Under the pieces are notes generated by a model, which worked only from the letters and a program-made list of their open reading frames with translations, did no database searches and had not been told where the DNA came from. A stretch of DNA of 64,000 nt, taken from positions 124,001 through 188,000 of the forward strand of contig BQFW01000002.1 of assembly GCA_020891255.1 (NCBI GenBank), in the 5' to 3' direction. Of the stretch, positions 36,231 to 50,500 are shown piece after piece. A program made the translations under genes and the position numbers. The stretch is from Entomortierella parvispora E1425 (Eukaryota; Fungi; Mortierellomycota). Within the stretch, counting starts at the first letter, position 1. The number at the start of each line of letters is the position of its first letter.

Positions 36231-39200
36231 CTAAAGGTAATCTTCTGTAGGATACACTCTGATCAACTCGCGGTTCATCACGTAGTGACCATGCTGCCCT
36301 TCCCACGACTCAAAGTACTGGCCAACTGCCTCGATCCCCAATGGCCCCAGCTCAGAGAACTGAAGAGACAGTGGCGAGACGGGGGGTGTCCGAACTGGTG
36401 CTGCCTCCACTGATGTCAACGCTGGTGCTGATGTCAAGGTTGTTTCTTCCTCCATGCCCTCAACGACATCTGCTTCCCCAAGGCCCATGGGTCCTCCTTC
36501 AACGCCAGCGTTTGTGTCTACTTCTATAGTTTGCGCCACAGTTGGCAATGTTGGCAATGTTGCACTACTGGATGTTGCCACCGACAAAGACGACTTTTCT
36601 TGGCCATCCTCTGGAACGGTACCAGTTCCATGTCGATACTCCCGAAAGAGCACCTGAATGTTCTCTTCTGCAACGTAGCGCCTTGATCCGTCACTCAATA
36701 GAGCAGTGTAGAACGGCTGATGACGCCCATAAGCCAGGGACGAGTCCACGCTCATGTATCGAATCCACCCTTCCTCAGCCTCACATTCTATACAATAAAA
36801 GAAAAGCATTGGAGCGGTCAACACCAACCCTTCAGACTCAAAATGAACAAAACAACAGTGGCCTGATGGACTTACTTAGATCGTATCCGTAAATGGCTCC
36901 AGTGTACCGATAGAGCTTGTGTCTAAAAACCTCTCCCACATAGAATTGGGGCTCTGGTGGTCTATTTTGTCCTTCGGTCGCACTGGAAGATCCTAACCGC
37001 TTACTGGACTCTGAAGTCTGTGCTGTATCCGCTGAGACATCCAACACAGAATTGATAGAATGCTGTTGTTCTCCCGAGATGGAATCGCGTCGCCGTTGTT
37101 GATGGGGTACAGTCATAGGATGACTATCGATCCTTGGAGAGGATGCTGTCACTTCGGTGTCTGGTTGTGTGGCGCCTAACGAACTCTGTCCTGCCTGTGT
37201 ATCCGGCTCTGACAAGATCTTTGATCGTCGAGGTTCCACCACTCTGGGTCTTCTTCGTCTCCTGATAGAGCCAACCTCACCGGCATCGTCCATCATCTCC
37301 AGCTCTCGAAGTTGAGTTCTGAGGATCTTTACAGTCTCTTGGTTGGGAGAGCTAAAGTGACCCATAGCATGAAGCCCTGATCTACCATGACCGTACACAT
37401 GATGGGGCCGCTGATGTCCTGTTGGTGACGAGGGTGATGTTGGAGAGTATGCTCTGGCGACCGATCGACGGTGATCATTAAGCTCAATATCCTCCATTGC
37501 TGTTCGGATGAACCCAGCATCTTCAGGCCAGAAATTGGAGAGATACTTGAGCCATAACACGTAGAGACCCCATCTATCAGATTATATAAATGTCAGCATG
37601 CTATCTCTGACAATAGCAAACTGATCCACTCTTCCGAAACTTACTCTTCACTTGGGTGAAGCACAATGAGCTGAGTGATTCCAGAATAGAGACTTGTCTG
37701 ATGATCGGACCCTATCCTGTGAGAGCAATGGACGAATATAAGATGCCATGGTCACACAAAGTAATATCATAAAAGAAATAACCATTTCTTACCTTCCTGC
37801 GCCTCCAGTTTGCTCTACAGCCAAAATGATATTACGAAGACAACGTAAAAAGACCTCCAGAGGTGGCGTAGGCAAAGCTTTGTAGAGAGAAGGAGGCACT
37901 TCAATGCCCAAAGTCTTAAAATAGTCCTCATACTCGTCGTCGCGCAGCAATTGATGGGGTGGATGGAATAAATCAAGGTAGAACACAGGAGGCGCCAGAG
38001 ACGTCACCTGGGACGGCGAAAGGTCCGGACGAGACTCCAACCTTGGGGCGACAGGCTTGAACCGAAGCATAAAGTGCTGGGGAAATCCCATGAGATCTAC
38101 CCCAACTACACCTACACGGCTTGCAAGCTCCGCAAACACGATACAAAGAGAGATGGGGATCCCGACCTTTCTAGTCAAAACTTTGTCGATAAAGCTGTTG
38201 AAAGGGTCGTAATAGTTTTCTGTGTTGCCCTTGAATCTTTTCTCGTGCGTGAAGAAGCGGACCAAATCCTTTAGCCTCTGCTCCTGTGATTCGTAATGCC
38301 TAGTGAACCGCTCTGATAGCGTGCTGTAAACCCTGTCGTTTTGTGCGTGAAGGCCATCCGTGACTTTACTCTCTTCTTTCGATCCGTCTTCATGACCAGA
38401 CAGTGCCAGTCCGTGGCCTGCTTTAGAATCAATGACAGTTGGAACGATATCATGTTCTTCTGGCATGGGCGATACCAACAGGAACTCGTTTGCCAGATCC
38501 TGAAACTGCCGATCAAGTTGCGAGAGCTCCAACTCGTGATTTGAAAACATGGAAATCAGTCCGCAGCCCTGCCAGATGGGAAAGAGTTGCTCGTTTTGTC
38601 TATAGCCGCGCCATTGATCCACAACCCAGCCTCGTTGCAGACGCTTCAGTGTCTTTCGGGCGTAAAATGTCCGAGTCAGATTCTTTTCCTCCCCGTGAGT
38701 TCCTGCAATGATGTTCTCGAGCACATCCCGAGCATGCACCATGCCAATGCCGGCGATACCGTCCATATGCCGCATCCTATTCCTAGAGTCCTCCACGACC
38801 TCCTTGAGAAGCATCCGAACGATGCAGTCCTTCTCATGGCGCTCCCTAAAGACATGCTTCCAAGACTCAATCTCGTATGGTGGCTCTGAAGCCGAGTACC
38901 ATGCCATGGGAGAATGAAGATCCGGCAAGGATTCTGGCGGAAAGGGTGGTCTTGTTTTTGAAGACCGAAGAGACATGTTACCAATCAGTGCATCCAGCTG
39001 ATCTGGGTGCTCTGATGTTGAGGGAGTTGAAGGGTCGTAATACGAGGAGAGAGGTGAAGGTGTAGGCCAGGTTCGCCATTGTGACAGACAGAGTTGCATC
39101 CATAAACTGTTCTTGTTGGCAAGCTTTTCCCATGTTCGACATGTCCTTGAGGCTCTAGCCAGATCTAGAATGCAGATTCAATGCAATGAATCTATGCATT

Positions 39201-39346
39201 AGCGTCCGATGATGGCCAGGAATCCTTGCAGTCTTTCCTGCCTGGTAGAGTTGAGACCTACCTCCTGCAGCAAGATAACGAAACACCTCAAAGACGCAGT
39301 CGTCTGGCAGAACCGGGGTTTGTTTTGGGCCTTTTCCTTTCGACAT
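36231..39346 (-). CDS. F-box protein with transglutaminase-like (SirB1) and YccV/HspQ-like hemimethylated-DNA-binding domains (FBXO21-like)
   Basis: F-box VLPDDCVFEVFRYLAAG|DLARASRTCRTW; NSFIDKVLTRKVGIPISLCIVF...GFPQHF; FYVGEVFRHKLYRYTGAIYGYD...QPFYTALLSDGSRRYVAEENI. Confidence 0.85.
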
Positions 39347-40013
39347 GCTTGCTGTGAAATGAAGTAAATGGAATGAGGATAATGCACAACAAGCAAAGAG
39401 TAGATAGAGGCTTTCCTCCTCGGAGACGGTGCGGGTTGGGTGAAAAAGAAAGATGGGGCTCGATGGTCAAAGAAGAAGTTGCTGGACGATTGCAATCGTT
39501 TGTCAGCGAAGTGGCCAACTTACGTGACTGCCTTTCAGAGCGCGCATCCTTGACCACATTGGTCGCGACGCGATCATGATGATGAAAGGTCGAGAGGCTT
39601 TCACAGGTTTTCAGCCCCACGACAGGATGAACATTGGTGGAGCAGCGATGATTCTGAAAATTGTTTATTGCCGAACAAATTGTGTAAAGAGCGATCATAT
39701 CAAACTGGGAAGAGGTGAGGAAGAGGGGGTGAAGCGTCGGGGGTCAAGACGAGGGATGAGAGGACGTGAAATTGTGCTGTACAAGTTATGGGGACTTTGT
39801 AGAAAGAACTCTCTATGCAAAATAGAAAAGAAACGAAAAGGCCCCATGGGAAGGGAGAATGAAAATGGCGTGAAAACGAACAAGTAGAAAAAATGAGTAT
39901 GTTGGGTAGGGACATGAAAAAGGGAAGAGAATGACGATAAATACAAGGCGAGAGAGTATGCAAAGGTGAGATAGGCAGATGAGGACGGTGGCAGAGCGAG
40001 AAGAAGAGGGGTC

Positions 40014-42780
40014 TTAGTAGGCGCCATAGGAACTCTCCTCTCCATCGGTCTGATGGCCCGTGCTTCCTTCCAGATCACTCATGGAGACAAACGAGGCCTG
40101 CTCGGGAATCATTCCATAGTATCCAGTCGAAAAGTCGTAGCTACCGTCTCCAACACCACCCATGTCCAGCTGGAACGCTTGGGGATGTTGCATCTGAACT
40201 TGACCTCCGTACATCATGCCCTGAGAAAATCCCGCTGAAGTAAAGGGTGTTGCCAACGCAGCGGTTGAAACCACCGCCTGAGCCAAAAACTCGTTAAACT
40301 GAGATGTCAGACCCATGGGGTTGTTGTTGCTGTTGCTATTGTTGTTTTCGCCAGTAGCATCGGAGCTCCTGTCTCCGTCCTGCTGGCCACCCTGGGCTTG
40401 ACTGTCATCGGTCACCTTTGATTTCTCTGTCGTTTCACCGTCATGAAGAACTGTGGTTGATTCTTGTGACCCCTCTGTGTTTCCTTGAGAGTCGCTCAAA
40501 GTCGTAATAGTGACTTTTGGCATGGTTGTCGCTGTTGCAATGGTGGATGGCGCGACCGTGCTACTTGACGTGGCAGGAGCCGAAACTGCGCTTACGGCGG
40601 GTGTTTCTGAGACCACGGGCGCCGAGGATGTACCAGAAACGGGTGCAGTCACTACTGCAGGGGTCGTCGCCAAAGACGTTGCTGCTGAAGACACAGCATC
40701 CGTCGTAGTGGGGGCAGAGACAGCCAACAGGTTACCCGCCATGGCCGAACTTGTAGCGTTGGCAGCATTGCTGTCTGCAGCAGCCGATGTGGCTGCTGCT
40801 GCTACTGCGGCCGCAGCTGCAGAAGTGGCAGACACAGCATTGACGGGCGTTTCCAGATTGGCTCCAGTAGTTGAATACATGGAAAGAGGCGAAGAGTGAT
40901 AAGGAGTGGCATTCAATCCAGGAGAAAGGAAGTTGTGCATAGCCGGCGTAGGCATGCTGGCCGTCCTCCTAGACTTCATCCTTGGCTGTTGGGTGCCATC
41001 GCTGCCGAGGTCCAAAAGAGCACTGGATGTAGAAGTAAAACCAAATCCTTGATCATAAAAGTCTTCGCCTAGATCTGAGCCTTCGCCTGAATCGAGACCG
41101 TCGTTCATAGTCAAGTAGGGACCAACACCCATTGGCCCAGCAAATCGACGGTCATACTGAGATGGATCCAAGAACTGGGCAATTTGAGGAATGGGAGCTG
41201 TGTAGGCGTGGAATTGAGTCGGGAACTGAGGCTCACGGTATTGGGTAAGAGCTTGAAGTGGTGGGTATGCGATTGTCAAACTCATGACTTGCATCTTCAA
41301 GGCCGAGGAAACACCATGAATGGTATGTCGCATCACCAGGGTCGCCTGCTTGGCCTCTGTAAAGTCGCTGCACTTTTTCCATTCTCGCTGCTGATCCTCC
41401 GATACGGTCTCCATGAAGAACTGAGGAGTCTCCAGTAGGTCAAAGTCAACCTGGGAATACATGGGATCGACTTCGTAGAATTCAATTCGAGAGATGCTGC
41501 TCAGGGGAAACGTCATCTTAAAGCGAGCAGCATGATCAATGATCTGCCAGGTCATGATCCTGGTAGTCGGGCAATAAAAGCAACTCAAGTCGGTGTTTGA
41601 GGTTGACATTCTGCGCCAAGTACCAATGGCGAGGTTGTCGCAGTTGAAGGTTGGCAATGTTGGGATCTGGGAGGCGCCAGGAACCATGCCTGCGGTAAAC
41701 ATCAGATCAGGTGATACCGACCCGCTTGGCAAACCATCCACACCCATTGTTCCAGGAAAGTGCAAAGGCTTTGGGATCGCTCCTGCTGGCAATGGACCAT
41801 TAACACCATCTAGAGAAAGAAAGAAAAACATAAGTAATTGGAAGATACATGTCTTCGCAGTCGTCCTTTTGTTTCATTGAGGTTTCGTACCAAAAGAGCG
41901 CTTCATTCCTCTGGCGGCAGCAACGGACTGAGGAACATTGGGACGGAAACCAAAGCCCGGGTGGGCCTGGGCCTGCATAGGGTATCCGGGCTGACCAGCC
42001 CAGCCAGCCTGGGCACCGTTCACGTTAATGCCAAGTCCCGTTTGTGCAAACCGAGCGGGAACGGCAGTGGCACGAGCGTTATCGTAGCTTGTAGAACGTG
42101 AAAGGGGAGCCCTGACCATGGCCGATGGGTGCAAATGGCCTGCCATAGGGAAGCCCTTGACTCCAGCTGTAGGTGCACCAAAGCCGTAGAGGGGCTGAGG
42201 GGCAACGCCAGCAGCCGCGCAATTGTTCAGATATTGAGCCTTCATTGCCTCTTGCTGCACAAGCTCTGTCCGCTTTTGGGCTTGCTTGACCTTTGCACGC
42301 CTGTTTTGGAACCAGATCTGGATGGAGCGCTCAGACATCTTGACCTTCTTTGCCAGAATCTCGCGCACCTTTGAGTTGGGCGACTGATTCGTGAGAAAGG
42401 TATCTTCAAGGATGGCTAGCTGTTCTACGGAGGCACGGGTACGCTTCTTGGATGTGGTGCTGGTGGGAGAGGATGCCGACAAGGAGGGCGATGACGCAGG
42501 GTCACCGTTAGGCGAATTTTGTGACATGTCCAATTGATGAAGCTTGGGATGAGGGATAAGAACTGTGGGATGGTGTCCAGGCGAAGGGGAGGGTGTTGGC
42601 GGACTTGGCGTCTCAAAGTTGCCAAAGCGCTGTGGATATGTGCTTTGTTGCTGGAGATGATGTTGCTGTGGCTGTGGTTGATTCGAATGTTGTTGTTTGT
42701 GCTGCATCTGCTGCTGGAGGAGAAGCTGATGGTGCTGCTGCTGTTGATGCTGCTGTTGTTGTTGCTGTTGCTGGTGTTGC

Positions 42781-42821
<41 letters not shown>

Positions 42822-43019
42822 CTGTTGCTGTTGCTGCTGCTGTTGGTGAAGTTGAGGATGGAGCATTTGAGGATGCTTGGTATTGGCGGCGCTGTTGGTC
42901 AAGGTTGAGGGTTGAGGAGACGAAGAATCCGACTTTAAAGCAGTAGAGCCAGCTTGGGCGTGGAGAGAGAATTGGCTGTTGAGATGGTGTGGTTGAGACT
43001 GTTGCGGAAACGTGAGCAT
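40014..43019 (-). CDS. Fungal homeodomain transcription factor with polyQ and downstream PH-like region (Hoy1/Pah1-like)
   Basis: KKRTRASVEQLAILEDTF...KMSERSIQIWFQNRRAK; phase-1 intron to exon with LAIGTWRRM...DLSCFY...FKMTFPLSSISRI. Confidence 0.88.
42715..42845 (-). repeat. CAG/CAA polyglutamine tract in the homeodomain gene
   Basis: More than 20 consecutive CAA/CAG codons followed by His-interrupted runs. Confidence 0.95.
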
Positions 43020-44191
43020 GTTGTGTGCTGCAGTCAGTCAAGGTCGTCGCTCTGTTCTACAGGCAATGTCTTCGGTCGATGACGGACTATCAGACTCGAA
43101 AGGGGGTATCGCTTGATGAAGGACTGGAGGTTCCTGAGGGCTAAAGGGTATCCTGGGAAGGAGATCTATAAGAGAGAACAGAAAGAAAGGTTAGCAGAGA
43201 GAACGCATTCAAATAGGAAACAAAAAAAACTGTCAAAACAAAGGCGCAGAAAGGGAAAAGGGCGAGGAGGCGTGCAGGAGGGGGAAGAGGAGGAGGGAGG
43301 ACCAAGCAAGGTTGCTTCGTTCAAGGTCCCCTTTGCAGGAAAGGCCGAGAAGGGGCGGAGAATGGATATGAGAACGGACGGGGGACCATGGGGACCAGAG
43401 CGGAGCCGCTCGGTGTGCAGTGCAGTCGCAGTGCGGTGGTTGCATGCCCACACGCTCGGTTTGCCCTTTTGCAAGCATGGGCTGTGGATGTGGATGCGAT
43501 GTGTGGATAGTATGTCATGGCAGCAACGGTGTGCCTCCCTGCCTCTTGCTCGCAGAGCGTGCGTGTTTGAAAGCAAGTGCGGGGGAGGTGGAACAAGACG
43601 GCGGGATTGCGAGATAAAGAGGGAGGTGGGGGGACCAGTTTCAGGAACGAGACGGGAAACAGAACAGACAAGCATCAGGAGAGAGAAGGGAGCGATCTCC
43701 CTCCGGTATGTCCTGTTTCTGCAGAGATGGAGAAGGGGATGAGGGGAGAAAACCACAGCCATGGACCACGCCCAGGGATTGTTTGGAGTGATGGTGTTTT
43801 GGTGGACCGTTGCAGTTACATACAGGGGAGACGTTTGGATGACAGGAACAGACGGGGTCGTAAAGATGAAGAGAGATGATGAGAAGAAAGGGAGATGATG
43901 AGGGATGAGATGAGCGATGAGATGAGCGAGCAAAGCTTGGAGGGGACCAAGGGAAGGGGGGACAGAGAGAAAGAGAAGCAGAAGAGAAGAGAAGAGAAAA
44001 GGAAAGGGTGCACCCCGACCAACGAGACGGAAAACAGAGAAGAAAAAAAAAAAAAAGAGAGTGACCAAAAGTCCCGCTGGACCGCAGACGGTCGCTGGTT
44101 GGTCAGGGATGGGCCTGGTCCCTACAGCGTGTAGTGTGCGTATCTGGGTGTGCCTGGCTGGCTGGACTCTCTTTTGCCTCCCAGCTGGTCC

Positions 44192-44193
<2 letters not shown>

Positions 44194-44224
<31 letters not shown>
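44194..44224. repeat. (CT)n microsatellite
   Basis: ctctctct... run seen directly in intergenic DNA. Confidence 0.9.
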
Positions 44225-44227
<3 letters not shown>

Positions 44228-47200
44228 CCCCACTGACCGTACTCTCTTGTCTTTTTATCTTTTGACCGAGGAAAGGAAAGGAAGAACTTACTTTGATCCA
44301 CGGATGCGCTCTGGCTTTGTTGGTTTGTTTGCTGACAGTGGGACGGGGGGGGAGGGGGACGAAAACGGCTGATGCTGGAAAGAAAGAAAAGAAGGCGACT
44401 GTGCGTGGATGGGAATGAGAGCAAGGATGACGCGTGGAAGGGAGGAGATGAAGATGGAGGACGAGGAGATGGGTCAAAGAGGGACAGCGAGGGAGAGAAG
44501 GAGAGACAGGGAGGGAGACAACAAGGGGGAGAGTTGTCCTGCAAAGAGCGAGGGGGGAGAGAAAGAGCGAAGGTGTTTGTGTCGAGTGTGTGTGAGAGAG
44601 TGGGAGGTGTGCGTGGCAAGGGAGGACGAGGGGAAGAGTCTCTTTTTGTTTGTTGGATGAATGCAGGTCAATCGGGGCAATGAGAGTAAAGAAGAAGAAG
44701 AAGAAGAAGAAAGAAAGAGAAAGAGAAAGAGAGAGGAATGAGAAGGGAAGAGCGCGTCGTCTCTTCTCCCCCCTCACTCCTCTTGCTCTCCCACTCTCTC
44801 TCTTCTGGCATGTACATGCATGGACACACCCATGCACACCCATGGGGTTTCCCTTTGGCCGTTCGTTCGTTTGTTCGTTTGTTCGGTTTCCGCGCTTGGA
44901 GGCCTGTTCTATTTGTGTTCTGTCCCAAGAATCGATCGCACAACGGCCCTGGACGGCCAATGGTCTGTGTCAACAACAATACAGCGTCCAACAGGTTGGT
45001 TGACCGTAGAAGGATTAAGCAGTCGATCGGAACTCCACTTCTCGTTCCTCGCTCTCTCTATTCTCTGTCGCCTTGCTGACAAGATCATCCTTGATCGAGC
45101 AGCCGTCATAGTCATCTTCTGCCACCATGCAGCGCCCCTATATGATCGGGGGCCCTGCCCACTGGCCCCGTTCTCTCTCTCTTTGCTCTCTCTGTTTCTG
45201 TTCATACAACTCGACTCCCCTGCCTCTGTGTCTCCTCAAATCGAGGGTGGGTTCTCTCTATGCTCTCAATCTTTGACTTGCTCTTCTTTTTTTTTTTTTA
45301 TTCTTTTTTTCACACAGACAATACTGCAACATTGGAAAGTAACAGAGACAGGAGGGGAGTCACCCCAGCCCTGGTCGCTCTCTGATACAACCGCGACAGT
45401 ACCGTGAAAACACAACCACAAAGGGAATGAATGGATGGATGGTATGGTATGGAGTGCATAGGGGATGATACAAACGCGAGCATACAGAGCATGGGGAACC
45501 ACAGGGAGACAAAGCGAAGGGTCCGGTTCCTGCTCCTGCCTGCCAGCCTGCCTGCCTGCCTTCTCCCTGCACTGTCTACAGATACGAGACCTGTGCTACC
45601 GGCCTGACCATGAGGCACGTCCTCTTTGATCGATAGACTAGAACTGCTTACACTGAGCTCTGACTCTCTTTTTTTTTCTCGCTTTTGCATTGCATTGCAG
45701 CACAGAAACAAGAAGGGTAAAGGTGTGCATCGATATCCGGAATATGAACAGAACAAAAAAAAACTTCCCTTCTCCGATGAAACACTTGCCAGGGGGCTCT
45801 CAGAGCGGTCTTTTTGCCCTGCCCCCCCTGTCCTCCCCTCTGTCGGTCATCATCCGCATCATCGTAACTTTGTTTTCAGTTCATTCTTCTTTGGTTTTCA
45901 CGGCGGGAAAGCCCTGTTTGAAGTCAATCAACCGGCTATATTAGATGCTCAACCTCATTTCCCAATAAAATATTGCAAACTCTGTCTGTTGAAAGTGGAG
46001 GAAGGAGGAAAGAGGAGAGGAGGGCTCTCGAATCCTATCTTGCGCTCCGTCCCCTATTCTCTTCGTTCTCTGTCAGCCAAAACCGCGTAGACTGTCCACA
46101 GCAGAATCTTGGGAGCTCCCGTCTACTGAATCGTCCTCTCATCTACAGAATAAGCGATCACGGGAGAGCTGTTCTGGATGACCGCACCGCGATCCCGCAA
46201 TGGCCACCTTACCCGACGCTCCGCTTACCGCCCACTTGTGGTTTATCTGTTTGAGCATTGCCCATTCGTGCCTGGCAATCCTTGGACCTGCCCCTCTCCC
46301 ATACAGCGACTCCTCAAAAGGAGCACACCATGCGATTTTCATTTTTTGAGAACAGCACCGCGGGGAGAGGACGATGGTGACGGTGCAGGAACTGATCACA
46401 AGGGTTAAAAAACAATCGGTTGAGGAGAAGGTCAGAGAGGGGGACGTGCACAAGCACCGTGGGGCACGATTGGCTGGAAGAACAAGCTACTGCTGAACGT
46501 TGCAAGGGAGATGCAGGGGAACAAGGAAAAAAAGGGGGAAACTAAGGCGATGGAGACGAGCAATGCAAGAACACAAGGGGGGAGGTCGGGCTCGACCCGT
46601 AGGCTTGCATGAAAGACGATTTTTTTTCCCAAAGTTTTTCCCGCACTTCCTCATTCCAAACGACGAGGGATGGGTAAGCATCCGCCTCATCACAAAGCAT
46701 TCTCCTTGTGTAAAATATTCGTTCTTTTGGTGCTGCTCCATATTGCATAGCAAGAGTCTACAAAAGGCGAAGTCTGTTGAGAGACTAGGGTTGGACCCGT
46801 GGCACGGATCTTTTTTGGTTTGATGACCACTTTTTCTCCGACCTTCCCGCACTTCCTGTCCGTTTCTTTTGTTGTTTTGGAGTAAGCACATTGCCATGAC
46901 TTCAGTGGTTCAAAAAAAAAAAAAAAAAAACTCGACGATCCAAAAACACATCCCAACGAACACAAAAGGGAACAGGGGGTTTTGGATCTTGCATCAAAGA
47001 AGTGCGGGAAGAAAAAGCCCCGGGGCTTTGGGCTTGTTCTGTGGTTTTTTTCTCTTTTGTAAAACAAATAACTCGACACGAGTTTGCGATGATCCAATGA
47101 GAAACGGGAGAAACATAGTATCACGCACAGAAGAAGTGCGGGAGATTTTGTAAAAGGACTCTTGCCTTGGATGGTAAGCAGAGAGGCGATGGCCACAGCG

Positions 47201-47521
47201 TCCTTCACCACTTCCAGTCCGAAGACTGAGGAATGCGCGATGCCCTCTCCCTAGGAGACGCGTTGTGGTTTGAAATTCAGCCGTCCGACGTTTGTTGGTT
47301 TCAAGACGGAAAAAATACCTGACGGTCAGACATAGCCTGTAGGAACGAGGATGATGAGCAACATCACGCTGGCTGTGCGTGAGTGGCGACCGCCATTCAT
47401 TCCTCTCCTTTCCCTCTTCACAACCCCATCACCATCGCCTTTTATACCTGCCCTGCTTCCACTATCGACACTGCATGCGGCGTGTCTTTTTTCACTGCCC
47501 TTGACTTGATACTCCACGACC

Positions 47522-50500
47522 ATGGACTACCTTGTCCCACTGTGGGTCCGTCAGTACCTTACCCAGCGCCAGAGACGAGGTACGTCAGGTAAAGGACTAA
47601 AGCTGCAATGGCACAAGACAACGACAAAAGCAACAACACGGTGATCAAGAGTTACTATCCTCGAAATCGAACAACATTCCTCCTTCTTACCGTGCCATGT
47701 TTGGTCATTGTTGTGCGCTCTCTACTTGTTGGATGTAAACAGAAATTCCAGAAGATGTAGCGGATCATCTGCTTGCCATCTGTGCAGAGGCTCTTCAAGA
47801 TCGAGGCAAGTGGATAGTCCAATATCACTTGGGTACTGCAACTTTGACAATGCATGTGCTTTCTCAAAAACTAAACAGCCCATTCATTGATTATCCAGAC
47901 CCAGCCACACTCTCGCATCCAAGAACACATTCCATTCACCAATCCTTTACCGCCATTCTTCGCCAAAGGTCTGCATCATCCACCTCTTCTACTCCACGCT
48001 CAAAGTTCCCTTTTGGATCCAATGTGACCACGTTCCGGAAACTGGCCGCAATGGATCTGGATCCGCTCAACAGTCAAGAGATTGTACGTCTAGCCATCTA
48101 TGTCATGAAGCGATCCACTCTTGAATTCGTTGATCCTTTGACCAGCGAACAAGTTCATACAGAGGGTGAACGCAAAAACTATCTCTTCCGGGCCGGAGGC
48201 GCGAACAACAACACCCCATACAATTCCAAGACAGGAGGCCTGACGGCAGCCTCAGAAGTTTACCTCTGCAAGGAGTTTAACATCGGTCAAAGTGTCTTAC
48301 ACAATCCTACTGCTCCAGTCTCTCATGCGGTTCAATCCGTTCTCGATTTATCAATGTTCTGTGCCAGAGCCTGCGGTTTACGTTCCAAAAATGAACCACC
48401 CCCTTCGGCCACAGGCAGCTCTTACCCTCTGACGGCCGCGGCTTCTATGGCTGGTGCGAAATGGCTCGCTAAACTGGGTCAGGTCATGTTTGGCGGGCCT
48501 TGTTCTCAAGCTGGCCACAACCATCACCGAAGGACACGCGCCAGCTTGGAATTGTTGGAGAGACAAAACATTGAGTTGGGACACAAGATTCTGGAAGAAC
48601 AAAAGCAGGCGGGATTGCTGGATCCTAAGTCGGGACAATCCACCATTCGACGACCATCCGTCGTTCAGGCTGCGTTGACCCCGCCAGACACGAGAATGAC
48701 ACAGCAACAAGAAGGACGCAATAAGGACCTTGAAAGCTCCCAGTCAAGCTCAGACTTTGTACCGCTCTCTTCGCTCTCACAATCAACCTCTGCCTCCACC
48801 CTTTCAACAGCTTCGGGCGCTTCTTCAGTCAGTGGCGGACCTGGCTTGGAGAAATGGTGCCGACACTGCTCCAGAGCCATGTCCTGTTTGGTTTTGGCGA
48901 AACTTCAGGAGACCTTGGGCGGCAAACTGGAGGATGTTGGCTTTGATGATTCAGGTTTTGCGGGGACATCAGCGCTTTCAAATTCTGGATTCGAGCTCTT
49001 GAACGAATTTTCTCGATCGTCCTCGTCTTCAAGTTTGAGCAAGGTGGAAATGCCTTCTCAGTCAAGCTCCTCCATGGCTTCATCCTTCATGGATGCGAGT
49101 GCCATGAGCACGAGCTCTAGCAGTGGTCGCCTTCGAAGTTACCGCGATCCACGACCTCATCTAGAACGCAAGTCAGAGCTATTGAACCGGACTGGAAGTG
49201 CCACCGGCTCTGCAGAGCCCCCCTCTTCACCTTTTATTCTCTTTGATCGGTCACACGTCCTAGACGACAACGAACGGCCTTCCTCTATCCCCTCTCCTCT
49301 TCTCGAGCCTTCAGAGCGCCCTTCGTCTTTATCTCTGTCTCTAGCAGATGCGTTTGGAACCGAGATGGCAACAGGTGTGCACGGTCGCGCCATACAACCT
49401 CAGATGAACTCTGATGTCCTAAGCGAACAGCAACAATCCGAAGAAGAGGGGTCTCCCATCGAGTTTAGAAAGTTTGCCCGGTCAAAATCAAACGTTCAAG
49501 ATACAGATCTGGACATGGTGAGCAGGCGTTTAGACAGCGACAGCAAGCCTAGGAGCACCCACTCTGCTGACGATAGCCATCCGCTCCAGCGAAAACCACA
49601 CAATCAACATAGACGGACCGTAAGCACGAGCAGTCGAGAAGAGTGGGAGAGAATGGTGGTTGAGCCCCAAAAGACTAGACTGGAATTGGACTTGGAGCAA
49701 GCTGTAGCGGACTCTACCCCAGTGATGAGTAGTTCAGCAACTGCTGATGCTTCTAATACTGCTCCTGGCGAGGCCTCGTCCCTCCAAGAAACCTCCACTG
49801 TGAGGAGGGAGGCCATCGTCGATGACAGGGAAGAGCTCCGTCCAAAAGACCCGATCGCCGAGCCAGCTGTGCTGCTAGGATTGGGTCTGGGCCAGGAGCT
49901 TTTGGATTCTGCCCAATCGTCCTCTCCAGAGGAGCCAGAACACGATCGCTCGCAAGTGACCCCTACCTCCGCGGAAGAAGGAGGAAAAGAGAATGACGAC
50001 GAGGAGTCTCCCGCCAACGCCGTCGCCGTCGCCAAATCGCCTCTGCCTAGTTCAAAGAACAACTCCCCCTCTGCCTTTGCAGGGTCTTCTCCTGTGTCAC
50101 CAAGAGTGGCGAGTCGCCCTGCTGAGCCAATCCTTTCACAGGACGGCGACCACGACGAGAAAGAAGCTGTGCTTCCCCAAAATAATTCCAATGTTGTCGC
50201 GGGCGATAATTCCGAGGACCGTGCTGAGGTAACGCAGGGTAAACAAGAAAATGAGCGTAAACTTGCTGGGTCGCCTTCATCCTCTACTTCTTCGCCGTCA
50301 TCCTTGTCGTCTTCGTCTTCGTCTTCCTCCTCGGACTCGGACTCGTCCGCATCTTCGATCCGGTCAGCGACCCAGCCCAACTCTCCTGTTTCAGATCAAG
50401 AGGCAGCTGACGATGATGACCTGCAAGAGAACTCTTTGGGGTCTGACCTCGATCCCCTATCTAGGCCACACACCCCTGGCGAATATCCTCCGAGTTTGCA

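Noticed and set aside
43113-47211. Many overlapping ORFs of 60-355 aa in the large intergenic region
   Set aside because: They translate GA/CT microsatellites and homopolymers and have no domain content or consistent splice signals.
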